IMG/VR virus record: IMGVR_UViG_3300021404_000006
Location: 1-64,000 of that record
Strand: one strand, 5' to 3'
DNA from: a virus
DNA: 64,000 nucleotides
This document shows, in pieces, positions 44,026 to 54,780 of this stretch. The translations under genes and the position numbers were made by a program. The notes below the pieces were generated by a model. It saw only the letters and a list, made by a program, of their open reading frames with translations, was not told the origin of the DNA and did not search any database. Position 1 is the first letter of the stretch. Each line of letters begins with the position of its first letter.

Positions 44026-44429
44026 TGAACGACGTTAATATCTCCCAGCGGGAAGTCGATGAGCTGTTCCAGGACATTGACGGCCCTGTCGGGCTGCTGA
44101 TGCGCGAGATAGCCGACCATATAGCCTTCGTTGCCGCAGCTACCGTGCGCGTGCTAGATCCTAGTAACCGGAAAATGACATGGAACTTCCATTCCTCCGC
44201 TTACTACACTGACCCCGGAAGGCGCGGAGGAGCATTCAAGCCGCCTGGCTATACCAAGCGGAACATCACGACAACTGTCGGGCACGCCAAGCTGCACAAC
44301 GACTACGTATTCGGCGGCGCGAACGCACCAGGGAATCCCGGCCTGTTTCTTGAAGAGCCAGCTGAGCAGGAGCACAGCAAGCACCCGTTCCTTACAACCG
44401 GGCTATGGTCTGTCGAAGGCTGGCTGTAA
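44025..44429 (+). CDS. Putative neck/tail completion protein (HK97 gp10-like)
   Basis: DGPVG, C-terminal HPFL motif. Confidence 0.55.
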   Translation: MNDVNISQREVDELFQDIDGPVGLLMREIADHIAFVAAATVRVLDPSNRKMTWNFHSSAYYTDPGRRGGAFKPPGYTKRNITTTVGHAKLHNDYVFGGANAPGNPGLFLEEPAEQEHSKHPFLTTGLWSVEGWL

Positions 44430-44483
44430 CTCCAAGGGATTCTAGATTATGCTGGCGGCTGAATACAAAAGTTAGGAGACTAG

Positions 44484-47400
44484 ATGGCACGACTTCTCGG
44501 TGAAGCCCGTGTCTCTGTGCTGCCTGACGGTACCCGGTTCCGCCCTGAAACTGAAGCTGTGGTAAAGAAGGCCATAGCCGGGATAACAGGAAAGATACCT
44601 ATCTCTCCTGACCTTGATAAATTCCGCACCACCACGTCAGCGGAAGTAAAGGCTGCTCTCGCAGGCCTTAACCCTAAGATAAAAGTAAGCGCTTACGTTG
44701 ACGAAGCCACGCTGGCGAAGGTCGCCGCTGCCAAGAACGCGATGGCCACACCTGTAACGGCTCCTCTTAAAGTCACGACTGATCCCTCGGACCTCGCAGC
44801 TAAAAAAGCCTACCTGGGAATGTACTTCAAGGAAGCTCTAAGCCTTGACTACGCGGTTGACCCCACCAAGACGCGCCGCATGAAGACATTTCTTAACCGC
44901 TGGCTGTACACGAATCAGTACAACACGTCGCCGCTTGCCCTGAACTACACGGTTGACCCGGCGAAGGTCGCTACCATGAAGCGGCTGCTTGAGCAGTACA
45001 TGTCCGGTAACGCCCAGTTCGGTCTTTCCATCAGCCCCTCTCAGGTGGCAGCCCTCAAGGCAACGCTTGACAACCTTAACAGCCAGGCTCAGGTCGGAGT
45101 CAGCGTTGACCCCTCGGAGCTGGCACTGGCTGAGGCGACGCTGAACAGGATCAAGGACGTTAAAGTAGGGGTAATCCTGGACCCCGCTGAACTGAGGCGC
45201 ATAAAGACCTCCATTGACAGTTTCATGGCGAACAATGTCCTGCTCGGGTTCTCCGTAGACCCCGCTAAGCTGGCTATTGCCAAGAAGCAGGTAATGGGAG
45301 AATTCTCCCGGACAAAGATTACAATACCTGTTGACTTCGGCGTAGTGAGCGGCGGCAAGCTAATCGCCATGCAGAAGAGCTTTGACGCCCTGCTCAATTC
45401 CAATTTCGTACTGGGTGTAAACATCGCGCCTGCCATGGCAAAGATGGCTGCTTTCGCGGCGTACACCAAGAACCTGTTTAGCACGTCCGGCAGCTGGTTC
45501 AAGCTCAATGTAGCCCCCGCGATAGTACAGCTTCTCTCACTCCAGGCAGCTATTACCAGCGTTAAGAATACCTTCAGCCAAATGGGCAACAACGCGAACG
45601 TGGTAGCAGCTGTAACAGCGGCAGCAACCGCCCGAACGGCAAACGCCTTTATCACCATGGGGGCAGGCGGAGGCGGCGCGCTCGGATTCCTCACTAACAA
45701 GATCACGCTGTTCGCCGGAGTAATGGACCGCGTACTTCCCGCCGCGCTTACCCGCGTAGCAGTCTGGCACGTTGCCGCAGACGCGATACTTGAATTCGCT
45801 GCCGTGTTCGTCCCTGCTACGATCGCCGTAGTGGCATTCGGTGCTGCTGTAGCTCCCGTCGTATCGGACGCGGTAAACCGGCTCAAGGCAATGCAGCAAG
45901 CGGCGGCAGCTACAGGCACCAGCATCGGCATTTTCAACTACAACGCCCAGGGCGCTGTCGGCCCCATGCAGGCCCTTCAGAACAAGCTCCAGCCTGTAGT
46001 GTGGGAAGTCTTCGGAGACGCGATCACCGTAGCCGCGAAGAAGACAGGTATTTTCAGCACCCTGGTTACCCAGGTGGGTACGGTTGTGGAAGACCTTTCC
46101 GCCCGCATGACCCGGGCGTTTTCTTCCAACTCGATGGGTAACTTCCTGAAGAACGGTGCCCTGGACTTCCAGAGGTTCGGCACTATAATCGGTAACTTCG
46201 GCGGCGCTATCGGCAACATCATCAAGCAGGTGCCCGGATACGCGGAAGTATTCCTACAGCTGTTCACGAAGATATCAGCCGGAATCGAATGGTTCACAGC
46301 GATAGCCGGGCCGGTCATCAAGGCAGGACTCGCCCTGCACGGATTCTTCCTCTACGCAGGACTGGCTACAACCGCAGGCGTAGCGCTCCTGGCCGGCGTA
46401 GGGAACATGATTACGAAGTTCTTCACCTTCGCGACGGCCGCTACCAGCCTGACAGGCGTAGGCGCGAGGATAGCAACGTCGTTCAAGGCGGCCGGCGCAG
46501 CGGCAGCGGGCTTCGGAAAGAACCTGCTGCTGCTGGCCACCAACCCTTACATAATCGGCCTGGCTATCCTCGGCGCGGCGATCTACACCATCGTCAGCAA
46601 CTGGCATGCGGCTGACGCTGCCACTTCGCAGTTCATCTCCAACATGGAGAACTCCCTAGCAAACATGTCCGGGGGCTCGGCTATTCAGGCCATATCCATG
46701 GACCTGGGAAGCCTTACCCGGCAGATGAAGGAAGCAGGTTCGCAGCAGGCATTCGATTCCATTAACAAAAACTGGCAGAACCTGGGTAACACGGGTAGCC
46801 GCCTGAGCACGGACATGTCGCTCGCGGGACAGCATTTCAAGATGGCCTGGCAGGATATAACGGGGTCTAGCACCAACCCGCTAAAGGGCATGGCCGACGC
46901 TATAACCAATGTGGGCCATGCCCTGGGTAACATATTCCTCGGAAGCAGCGGCTTCGACCAGCAGTCCGCCGTATTCGCGAAGATGAAAGACAACATCAAC
47001 GCCCTGGAAACCGAGTTCCACAAGCTCACCGGAGAGCAGCAGAAGCTTCTGACTGTTGCCGGTGACCTGATGACAAACTTCAAGCTGGGGAACACGTCAA
47101 CGTTCACGTGGGCTCAGTCGCTGGGAATCCTGGACGCCGCCGGAGTACAGGCCAGCGACAGCCTTGACATGATGGTTACCAAGGTGGAGGGGCTGCTCGC
47201 GGGCTGGAAGCAGTTCGGGCTTAACGCCACCCAGATTGGCAACGCGGTCAACGCCATCTCCCTTCAGACGGAGATGCAGCAGTCTTCCATCACGACCCTT
47301 ACCGGGGCGTACTCGAACTTCATCGGCGTAGTTACCGGCGGAGAATCGGCATTCGCCACCTTCGGCCAGGGGATGTCCACCCTGAGCCAGGCACTGAACA

Positions 47401-49718
47401 GCGCGAGCGCAGGCAGTGTCACGTGGAGCAACAGCCTCGGTAAGCTCAGCACGAAGGGAACCGCAGCCGGCGCGTCCCTGAACGGCCTGTCCCAGGCGTC
47501 CCTTAACGCACGCGGAGCCTTCGCACAGCAGGTCGGCAGTGCCCAGAACCTGTACAACTCACTGCTTACCATGTCCGCCGTGTCAGCTAAGGGCGCTCAG
47601 GGCCAGAAAGACCTTGCATCTGCCGGCAGGGACATGGTGGCTATGCTCCTGCCCCTTGCCAACGGAAGCAAGACTGCCACGGCTGAGGTTTACGCACTCG
47701 CGCAGACCGCCGGCTACCAGGGGGCCGACAGCTTCAAGGCCCTTGCCAAGTGGGTCGGCGGAGTTAAGGCCCCGATGCAGGATCTTAACAAGCGAGAGCA
47801 GGATCTTACCGTATCGTCCGCTAACTTGCTGAAAGATACGCAGAACCTGGCTGGCGCTATGGGACAGACTCTCACGTCAGCGATATCCGGAGCTATATTC
47901 GCCGCTGAAAAAGGTCCGCAGGCTCTCCAGAAGCTGGCCGATGCCATGCAGGCTCTCCAGACAGGCAAGGGCTCCGTGACGGGAGTAGAGCAGGCGCTCA
48001 AGAGCGTCATTCCCGCGCTGGTTCAGATGACAGGAAGCCTGCCTAACGCCAGGGACCAGTTCCTTGCCATGGCGGGCGCTATGGGTATCGGCCACGATAA
48101 AGCCATTGCCATGTGGAACGCCGTAGAGCAGGGAAAGGGAGCGCTGGCCGGCGCTACCGGGGCTATAGGCTCTATGAGGAACGCTGTTACCAAGATAATC
48201 ACGGACTTCAACAACCAGGCCAAGGCGTCGGCTAACGCTAAGGACGCGCTTGACAAGTACAACACCGCGATCAAGAACAACGGGGTTAACTCCGACCAGG
48301 CCAAGGCAGCACGGGCCGCTCTTATCGCGGATCTTATCAAGGCCGGGGTAAACGCCAAGACCGCGAACTCGGACGTAGCCGCGTACAGCAATGCCGTAAA
48401 GAGCAACGGCGTCAACTCCGACCAGGCACGGAGTGCCCGCCTGCGGCTTATCAATGACATCTTGACCGCGAGCAACAACTCGAAGACCGGAAAGGCGGAC
48501 CTCGACGCCCTGACTAGCGCGGTGCGTAATCACTCGGCCAGCTCCGATCAGGTGCGAAGTGCGCGGGCACGCCTGATCGCTGACCTTGAGAAGACCGGGA
48601 CGAACTCCAAGACCGCTACCTCGCTGGTGGACGGGCTGATTTCCAGCATCAAGAAGATTCCGTCGTCCTGGTCCACCTCGATCAAGGTCAGCGCCACGGG
48701 ACAGTGGTCCATTACCGGCGTCTCCGCTAAGGTGCTGGCTGGGTTCGGCGGCGGGAGCGCGGCTAACATCCAGGCCATCGCCAATCAGAACGCCAGGCAG
48801 GTCATGGGCGGCGCTAAGGGCATGTTCGTCACGGACGGAACCACGCCCACGGCGGACGACGTTCTGGCGAGGGTATCCAAGGGCGAGCTGGTAGTCCCGG
48901 CGAACCTGGTGAAGCGCGGAGCGGTAGACCACCTCCGGGGGAAGATCCCCGGCTTCGCGGGCGGCGGCTATGTCGGCAACCCGGCCCAGGTCGGCGGGTT
49001 CATCGATACCGAGGAAAAGGCTACCGACGCGGCAGACATATCCGCTACCGCTAACGCTCTCCGGGCTGCTATCCAGTCGATGCTCAAGTCGGCTATCGCG
49101 GCTGCCAGCGCTATGAACGTGCCTAACGTGGGCTCCGGTGTGGCCCGCTGGAAGGGCACGGTAGACCAGGCGCTGAGGATGCTCGGGCTGTCTACTTCAC
49201 TGGACCGCCAGGTTCTGTACCAGATGCAGACGGAATCCGGTGGCAACCCGAACGCCATCAACCTCAGCGACTCCAATGCCGCAGCGGGCGACCCGTCTCG
49301 TGGGCTGATGCAGACGATTATGGCCACGTTCAAGGCGTACCACGTAGCGGGCACCAGCAGTAACATCTACGATCCCCTTGCCAATATCGCGGCTGCCATC
49401 AACTACGCCCGAAGCCGTTACGGGCCGACGCTGATGTCCGGCGGAATGGGCATGGGGTCTGGTCACGGCTACGCACTAGGCGGCCTTATCCCGTCGAAGG
49501 TATTCGACAGGGGCGGAACGCTCGCACCGGGGCCGAATATGGTCTACAACCTGACCGGCCGGCCCGAGCACGTTGTACCTACTGACGGCAGCCAGACCAT
49601 TACACTGGAGATAGCAGGAGGAGATTCGGATCTAGAGCAGCTGCTTGTCCAGGTAATCCGCAGGTATGCACGAATAAAGAGCGGCGGAAACGTGCAGCGT
49701 GCATTCGGGAGGAATTAG
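44484..49718 (+). CDS. Tape measure protein with C-terminal lytic transglycosylase (SLT) domain
   Basis: 1744 aa Ala-rich helical; ESGGNPNAIN, SRGLMQ, DPLANIAAAINY..RYG. Confidence 0.93.
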   Translation: MARLLGEARVSVLPDGTRFRPETEAVVKKAIAGITGKIPISPDLDKFRTTTSAEVKAALAGLNPKIKVSAYVDEATLAKVAAAKNAMATPVTAPLKVTTDPSDLAAKKAYLGMYFKEALSLDYAVDPTKTRRMKTFLNRWLYTNQYNTSPLALNYTVDPAKVATMKRLLEQYMSGNAQFGLSISPSQVAALKATLDNLNSQAQVGVSVDPSELALAEATLNRIKDVKVGVILDPAELRRIKTSIDSFMANNVLLGFSVDPAKLAIAKKQVMGEFSRTKITIPVDFGVVSGGKLIAMQKSFDALLNSNFVLGVNIAPAMAKMAAFAAYTKNLFSTSGSWFKLNVAPAIVQLLSLQAAITSVKNTFSQMGNNANVVAAVTAAATARTANAFITMGAGGGGALGFLTNKITLFAGVMDRVLPAALTRVAVWHVAADAILEFAAVFVPATIAVVAFGAAVAPVVSDAVNRLKAMQQAAAATGTSIGIFNYNAQGAVGPMQALQNKLQPVVWEVFGDAITVAAKKTGIFSTLVTQVGTVVEDLSARMTRAFSSNSMGNFLKNGALDFQRFGTIIGNFGGAIGNIIKQVPGYAEVFLQLFTKISAGIEWFTAIAGPVIKAGLALHGFFLYAGLATTAGVALLAGVGNMITKFFTFATAATSLTGVGARIATSFKAAGAAAAGFGKNLLLLATNPYIIGLAILGAAIYTIVSNWHAADAATSQFISNMENSLANMSGGSAIQAISMDLGSLTRQMKEAGSQQAFDSINKNWQNLGNTGSRLSTDMSLAGQHFKMAWQDITGSSTNPLKGMADAITNVGHALGNIFLGSSGFDQQSAVFAKMKDNINALETEFHKLTGEQQKLLTVAGDLMTNFKLGNTSTFTWAQSLGILDAAGVQASDSLDMMVTKVEGLLAGWKQFGLNATQIGNAVNAISLQTEMQQSSITTLTGAYSNFIGVVTGGESAFATFGQGMSTLSQALNSASAGSVTWSNSLGKLSTKGTAAGASLNGLSQASLNARGAFAQQVGSAQNLYNSLLTMSAVSAKGAQGQKDLASAGRDMVAMLLPLANGSKTATAEVYALAQTAGYQGADSFKALAKWVGGVKAPMQDLNKREQDLTVSSANLLKDTQNLAGAMGQTLTSAISGAIFAAEKGPQALQKLADAMQALQTGKGSVTGVEQALKSVIPALVQMTGSLPNARDQFLAMAGAMGIGHDKAIAMWNAVEQGKGALAGATGAIGSMRNAVTKIITDFNNQAKASANAKDALDKYNTAIKNNGVNSDQAKAARAALIADLIKAGVNAKTANSDVAAYSNAVKSNGVNSDQARSARLRLINDILTASNNSKTGKADLDALTSAVRNHSASSDQVRSARARLIADLEKTGTNSKTATSLVDGLISSIKKIPSSWSTSIKVSATGQWSITGVSAKVLAGFGGGSAANIQAIANQNARQVMGGAKGMFVTDGTTPTADDVLARVSKGELVVPANLVKRGAVDHLRGKIPGFAGGGYVGNPAQVGGFIDTEEKATDAADISATANALRAAIQSMLKSAIAAASAMNVPNVGSGVARWKGTVDQALRMLGLSTSLDRQVLYQMQTESGGNPNAINLSDSNAAAGDPSRGLMQTIMATFKAYHVAGTSSNIYDPLANIAAAINYARSRYGPTLMSGGMGMGSGHGYALGGLIPSKVFDRGGTLAPGPNMVYNLTGRPEHVVPTDGSQTITLEIAGGDSDLEQLLVQVIRRYARIKSGGNVQRAFGRN

Positions 49719-52700
49719 TGACCTCTCTTAACGGTGCACTGAGCGCCGGGATTACAGCAGGCGCTTCTTTCGGCGGCCACAAGGTAATAACCACCGGATT
49801 CCCGTACAAGAAGCTAGGCGTTAAAGTAGAGCTGCTTCTTAACACGACGTGGACCGACATCACCAGCTTCGTTCTCGTTCGCGATAACATCACCATCTCT
49901 CCGTTCGGCCGTACCGATGAGGCGTCCTCGATGCAGGCCGGGCAGGTGACGCTCACCCTGAAGAACGCAGACGGACGGTTTACCCCTAACAACGCGAGCG
50001 GCGCTTACTACCCGTACATTCAGCTGAACGGCCAGCTCAGGATTTCGGTCAACGACACCTCCAGCAACGGCACTGTCTATGCCGGCTACCGTTTCTGGGG
50101 CGAAGTCAGCGAATGGCCGCCGCAGTGGGACCCGTCCGGCAGGAGCGTTTACGTTACCATTACCGCTTCGGGCATCTGGCGCAGGCTCAGCCAGGCGACA
50201 ACGACCCTGGGAAGCCCGTTCACGCGGTGGAACACGCAGCTGGCTAACAGCTACACCCTCGCCGGCTACTGGCCGATGGAAGACAGCGCGACCTCTGGTT
50301 CGTTCGCTGCGGTAGCAGGCTCGGCTGCCGCGATGACGATCATTCCTACCAACGGCACTCCCAGCCTAGCATCGTGCACCGCGTTCCCCGGCTCTGACGC
50401 CCTGCCGCAGCTGAACGGCGCGGAATTCTCAGGCCTGATATCCACCAGTTCCAGCCCGACGCAGATCATGTTCCGCTTCTGCCTGTTCGTCCAGGCGGGC
50501 GGTGACACAGGCGCGGGCATCAGCACCATCGCACGCTTGCACCTGGGAACCAACACGTCGCTGAACTACGTTGACGTGGGCTTCGGCAGCGGCGCAGCCG
50601 GCGGTCCCTTCACCATTACCGGATACAACTCCGGCAACTCGGTAGTGTTCAGCAGTACGCTGACAGACCAGATCTGGGGCAAGCCGATTATGCTTCAGGT
50701 CGGCCTGGTGAAGTCTGGCTCCAATGTTAACTGGAGCCTCAACACCATCCTGCCGAGCACCACCACCTGGTACGGCACGACCACCGGAACGGCCACAGGC
50801 GTATCGATAGCCGATGTCAGCAGCGTCATCTTCAGCCCCGGTGCCGCGTTCAAGGGCGTCTCTGTCGGGCAGGCAGCGGTCTACTACGCCAACCCTTCCA
50901 TCACCACCGACGCGTCCGCCCTGGGCGGCTGGAGCGGCGAGAATGCCCTTACCCGCTTCGGGCGCATCTGCACTGAGCAGGGCATCGCATACGAGTCGAT
51001 CGGCACAACCAGCACCCCTATGGGACCGCAGATCGATGACACCCTCGTTAACGTGCTCCAGTCGATCGAGGACACTGACGGCGGCCTGATCTACGAAGCC
51101 AGGGACAAGCTGGGCCTCGGCTACCGCACCATGTCCAGCTTGCAGAACCAGTCGGCAGTGCTCACCCTTGACTACAGCGCCGCGCAGGTAGGGCAGTCCC
51201 TGGCTCCTGTCAACGACGACGCGCTCATTCGCAACGACGTGAACCTAGCCAACTTCGACGGCTACTCGGTGCGTACCTACCTGGCAAGCGGCGCGAGGTC
51301 GCTGCAAAGCCCGCCTAATGGGGTAGGCAGCGGGTACGCGTACGCCCGTAACGTCAACAGCACCAGCCACACCCAGATAAACGCCCTGGGCAGTCAGATC
51401 CTCAACTGCGGCACTACTTTCCAGAACCGCTATCCTACGATGTCGGTGAACCTGGCCCGCGTAACGACAGCCAGCCTGTTCGGCACTGCCCCGTCGATGC
51501 GCATCGGAGACTTCCTCCAGGTAAACAATATGCCGTCCTTTATGGGCGGCGGCAGTGAAAAGCAGCTCGCCTGGGGCTGGACCGAGACAATTAACTACAA
51601 TGTCTGGACGATTACCTACAACACCATTCCCGAAGCACCCTGGGAATCGAGCTTCAACCCTGGTACTTCTTCCACGGCACAGATACCTGGGTCTCCGGTA
51701 ACTTCCGCGCAGGCAGGGTCGATCAGCGGCGCGCAGATAGCCGAAGGCGCGGTCATCGGGGCGAATATCGCTTCAGGTACTGTCAGCGGCACCAACATAG
51801 CCCTCGGTACCATTACCGCGACAAACATCGCCACAGCTACTATCACCGGCTCGAACATAGCGAACGCCACCATTACCGGAACCCAGATAGCCACTGGTAC
51901 TATCAGCGGCAGCAACATCGTCAATGCTTCCATTACGGGCACCCAGATAGCCACGGGTACGATTACCGCAACGAATATAGCAAACGCTACTATCACGAGT
52001 GCGCAGATCAGCACATCGGCTAACATTTCGGGCTCTCAGATAGGTACCGGAACTATCACTGCGGGCAATATCACCAACGCCACCATCACGAATGCCCAGA
52101 TCGCCGGCGGAACGATCACCGGCAGCAATATCGGCAGCAGCACCATTACCGGGGCGAACCTAGCGAATGCCACTATTACCTCGGTGCAGATCAGTAACGG
52201 TACCATCACGACTACGCAGATCAGTAACTCGGCTAATATCACCGGCACGCAGATCGCCTCGGGTACGATCGTTACAGGTAACATTGCCGCGAATACCATT
52301 ACCGCCGGAAACATCGCTGCCGGAACGATCACCACCACGCAGATCGCCGCTAACACCATCGTCGCCGGAAACATCGCTTCAGGTACGATCACCGCCGCGC
52401 AGATCGCGGCTGCTACTATCACCGGAACCCAGATCGCCGCGAGCGTGTCTCTAACCTCCCCGGTTATTACCGGCGGCACGATCACGGGCGGCCAGCTTAT
52501 CGCGTACGGGTCAACCGGCGAGCTGCTAGTCTACAGCGGCACTCCGGCAACCGGCAACATGGTAATGAGCGCGTCGGCCGTTTCCGGAACGGACAGCCAC
52601 AGCAATAGCTACCCGGCCGGCATCGGATTGTTCAACAGCTCCACAGCGTACACAACACTGGCAGCAAGTACAGCCGGCAACCTGTCGCTCGGCACCGGCT

Positions 52701-53320
52701 CTGGCGGCGGCGGCGGACTGGAGATGGTAACCCAGTCCAGTACCCCGTTCTCGCAGAACTCGATCTTCTACGCAGACTCAAACGGCACCGCAGCGTTCCG
52801 CAACGGCTCGGCAGGATTCAACGGGCAGCTGGTCAACAGTATCGGTGCCGTGCCATCAGTTCGCACAGCCAACTCCGGCACCGCAACGGCGGTTACACCT
52901 TTGTTTACTGTCCCGGCCGGCGATGCTACTGCTGGCACCACGTACCGCATCAAGGCGACAGGTGTCGGTACGTACTCCAGCGGTAACAATACCTGGTGGG
53001 AGATCCAGGCGTTCGGCGGTAATCAGGCTCAGGCAGGATACGCCAGTTTGCCCGGCTCGTTCATGTGGGAAACGGAGGCAGTTGTATCCGTTGTCACAGC
53101 AGGTGCCACCGGAACAGCTTATATGTGTGTGCGCGTATGCCTGAGTGCGTCAGGAGTAGGCGCGTCTCCCGGTCTGATACTCGGCTACACTGGCGGGACA
53201 GGAGGTACCACGGTATCGATCGATACTACTTCGAGTACTACCATAGGCCTGATATGTGCAGGTAATGGCACGTTCTCGATTAAAGGCATAACAGCCAGCT
53301 TGGAGAGGATCGGGCCGTAA
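49718..53320 (+). CDS. Minor tail/baseplate protein with 10-aa beta-helix repeats
   Basis: WTDITSFV, GRTDE, LKNADGRFTP; about 25 (A/G)TIT(G/A)x(Q/N)IA repeats. Confidence 0.88.
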   Translation: MTSLNGALSAGITAGASFGGHKVITTGFPYKKLGVKVELLLNTTWTDITSFVLVRDNITISPFGRTDEASSMQAGQVTLTLKNADGRFTPNNASGAYYPYIQLNGQLRISVNDTSSNGTVYAGYRFWGEVSEWPPQWDPSGRSVYVTITASGIWRRLSQATTTLGSPFTRWNTQLANSYTLAGYWPMEDSATSGSFAAVAGSAAAMTIIPTNGTPSLASCTAFPGSDALPQLNGAEFSGLISTSSSPTQIMFRFCLFVQAGGDTGAGISTIARLHLGTNTSLNYVDVGFGSGAAGGPFTITGYNSGNSVVFSSTLTDQIWGKPIMLQVGLVKSGSNVNWSLNTILPSTTTWYGTTTGTATGVSIADVSSVIFSPGAAFKGVSVGQAAVYYANPSITTDASALGGWSGENALTRFGRICTEQGIAYESIGTTSTPMGPQIDDTLVNVLQSIEDTDGGLIYEARDKLGLGYRTMSSLQNQSAVLTLDYSAAQVGQSLAPVNDDALIRNDVNLANFDGYSVRTYLASGARSLQSPPNGVGSGYAYARNVNSTSHTQINALGSQILNCGTTFQNRYPTMSVNLARVTTASLFGTAPSMRIGDFLQVNNMPSFMGGGSEKQLAWGWTETINYNVWTITYNTIPEAPWESSFNPGTSSTAQIPGSPVTSAQAGSISGAQIAEGAVIGANIASGTVSGTNIALGTITATNIATATITGSNIANATITGTQIATGTISGSNIVNASITGTQIATGTITATNIANATITSAQISTSANISGSQIGTGTITAGNITNATITNAQIAGGTITGSNIGSSTITGANLANATITSVQISNGTITTTQISNSANITGTQIASGTIVTGNIAANTITAGNIAAGTITTTQIAANTIVAGNIASGTITAAQIAAATITGTQIAASVSLTSPVITGGTITGGQLIAYGSTGELLVYSGTPATGNMVMSASAVSGTDSHSNSYPAGIGLFNSSTAYTTLAASTAGNLSLGTGSGGGGGLEMVTQSSTPFSQNSIFYADSNGTAAFRNGSAGFNGQLVNSIGAVPSVRTANSGTATAVTPLFTVPAGDATAGTTYRIKATGVGTYSSGNNTWWEIQAFGGNQAQAGYASLPGSFMWETEAVVSVVTAGATGTAYMCVRVCLSASGVGASPGLILGYTGGTGGTTVSIDTTSSTTIGLICAGNGTFSIKGITASLERIGP

Positions 53321-53356
53321 TATGTGCAATAATCTAGCAAGCACGGGAGAATAGAA

Positions 53357-53710
53357 ATGACATCAGGCGTAGGCACCCAGCCTAACAACGCGACTATTAA
53401 CAACCAGATAACAGGTCTCGCCTTGCAGATGAGGGACCTCATGCAGCAGGCATCGAACCTGTCTACGCAGATTAACGGCACCGGGCAGGGGCTGGCGTAC
53501 CTGAAAGCGGTTGGTTTCGACGGAACAAACGCCAACCCGCAGAACCCGTCTAACATGACCGACGCACAGTGGGCGCTCCAGGTAATCGCTTACTTCAACA
53601 CCCTTGCCGGATGCTACTTCGGTACCGTTCAGCAGGGAGGAAACGGCGGCACGGGCGCAACTCAGTTCAACTTCCACAATGCGCTGGCCAGCCTTTGGAA
53701 CGGACAGTAG
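53357..53710 (+). CDS. Hypothetical tail-region protein
   Basis: ORF with RBS. Confidence 0.7.
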   Translation: MTSGVGTQPNNATINNQITGLALQMRDLMQQASNLSTQINGTGQGLAYLKAVGFDGTNANPQNPSNMTDAQWALQVIAYFNTLAGCYFGTVQQGGNGGTGATQFNFHNALASLWNGQ

Positions 53711-53712
53711 AA

Positions 53713-53907
53713 ATGGCCTCAGTAAACATAGCAGGGCTTCAGGTGGACCCCATCAAGGTGATCAGCATCCTCAAGACCAGGCTGGCTGAGGAACAAGCTA
53801 AGTCCGCGCTCCTGGAAGCGGCATTGCAGGATTACCAGGAGCGCGAACAGCAGGCCCAGGAACAGCAGGTCCAGGTCGTCCAGGAGCAGGTTCCGGGTCA
53901 GGAATAG
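53713..53907 (+). CDS. Small coiled-coil protein
   Basis: ORF after 53710; Gln/Glu-rich helix. Confidence 0.6.
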   Translation: MASVNIAGLQVDPIKVISILKTRLAEEQAKSALLEAALQDYQEREQQAQEQQVQVVQEQVPGQE

Positions 53908-54758
53908 TTCTTGTCCGGCGGGAAATACCGGATAAGCAGTTCCTGGTCGGTGAAGATCTTGGCGCTCGGGTAGCGCGCAGACAGCATTCCTTCTATTTCC
54001 GATACCCTTGTGACCAGTTCTGCCTCCGAGCACTTATCGAAAGAAGGCGGTTGTTTATGCGTGGGTCCAAGAACGGTAGGGCTCTCCTTGTAATGTATCC
54101 ACCACTGGAGCTGCTGAACCGCCGCTTGCGGTATGCAGAGCCCCATTATTTCGGCATACTGGCACCGGAAGCCTTTTTCTCCGATGATCACGCGGCCGGT
54201 CCCCTTGATTACCCCGAACACGGGGATCGCCGCTGCCCAGGAAAACAGCCTAGGCGTGTAGCCGTCTACGAAAGAGAGCACTTCGTCTACTCTAAGGCCC
54301 TGGTTGAAGTATCCCCAGAATCCGCAGCCGCATGCCACTCTGGTCTCCGGGGGCTTGTGAATCGTAGGGGGCTTATTCATGACGAACGAGTAGAAAGGAC
54401 TCTCTGACGTACAGGTGGCTTCCATCCTGCCGTCTTCCCACTCCTGATTATGGGCTCCGTTGAGTACGCAGAGATGCCTGCCTGTCACAGTAGTCCTCGG
54501 CGGGCAGTCCAGGTAGCCGGCCATCTCCGGCGTGATAGGAAGGTACCACCAGCGGTACCCGTATACCTGGCCCATGGCCGTGTCCCATTCTTCCGGGGCA
54601 CCGCGCTCAGAGTAACCGGGTAGTCCCGAGTACGGAATACGCTTGTCGCTCACAGCTTTCGCGGCCTTGTCTGCCGGAGTCTTGGTATTAATGGTGAAAT
54701 ATGTGCCCGAGGTGGAATTCGTTCCGGACGAGCACAGTCTCCGTAGAAGTTCTAGCAT
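53898..54758 (-). CDS. Hypothetical protein, CGCGFW family (paralog 1)
   Basis: GYRWW, H..P...CGCGFWGY, G-VIIGEKGFR. Confidence 0.8.
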   Translation of the reverse strand: MLELLRRLCSSGTNSTSGTYFTINTKTPADKAAKAVSDKRIPYSGLPGYSERGAPEEWDTAMGQVYGYRWWYLPITPEMAGYLDCPPRTTVTGRHLCVLNGAHNQEWEDGRMEATCTSESPFYSFVMNKPPTIHKPPETRVACGCGFWGYFNQGLRVDEVLSFVDGYTPRLFSWAAAIPVFGVIKGTGRVIIGEKGFRCQYAEIMGLCIPQAAVQQLQWWIHYKESPTVLGPTHKQPPSFDKCSEAELVTRVSEIEGMLSARYPSAKIFTDQELLIRYFPPDKNYS

Positions 54759-54780
54759 CTTCTGAGGATCGACGCTGCTG

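Noticed and set aside
45089-49466. Long antisense ORFs opposite the tape measure and other large genes
   Set aside because: Expected shadow ORFs in GC-rich coding DNA
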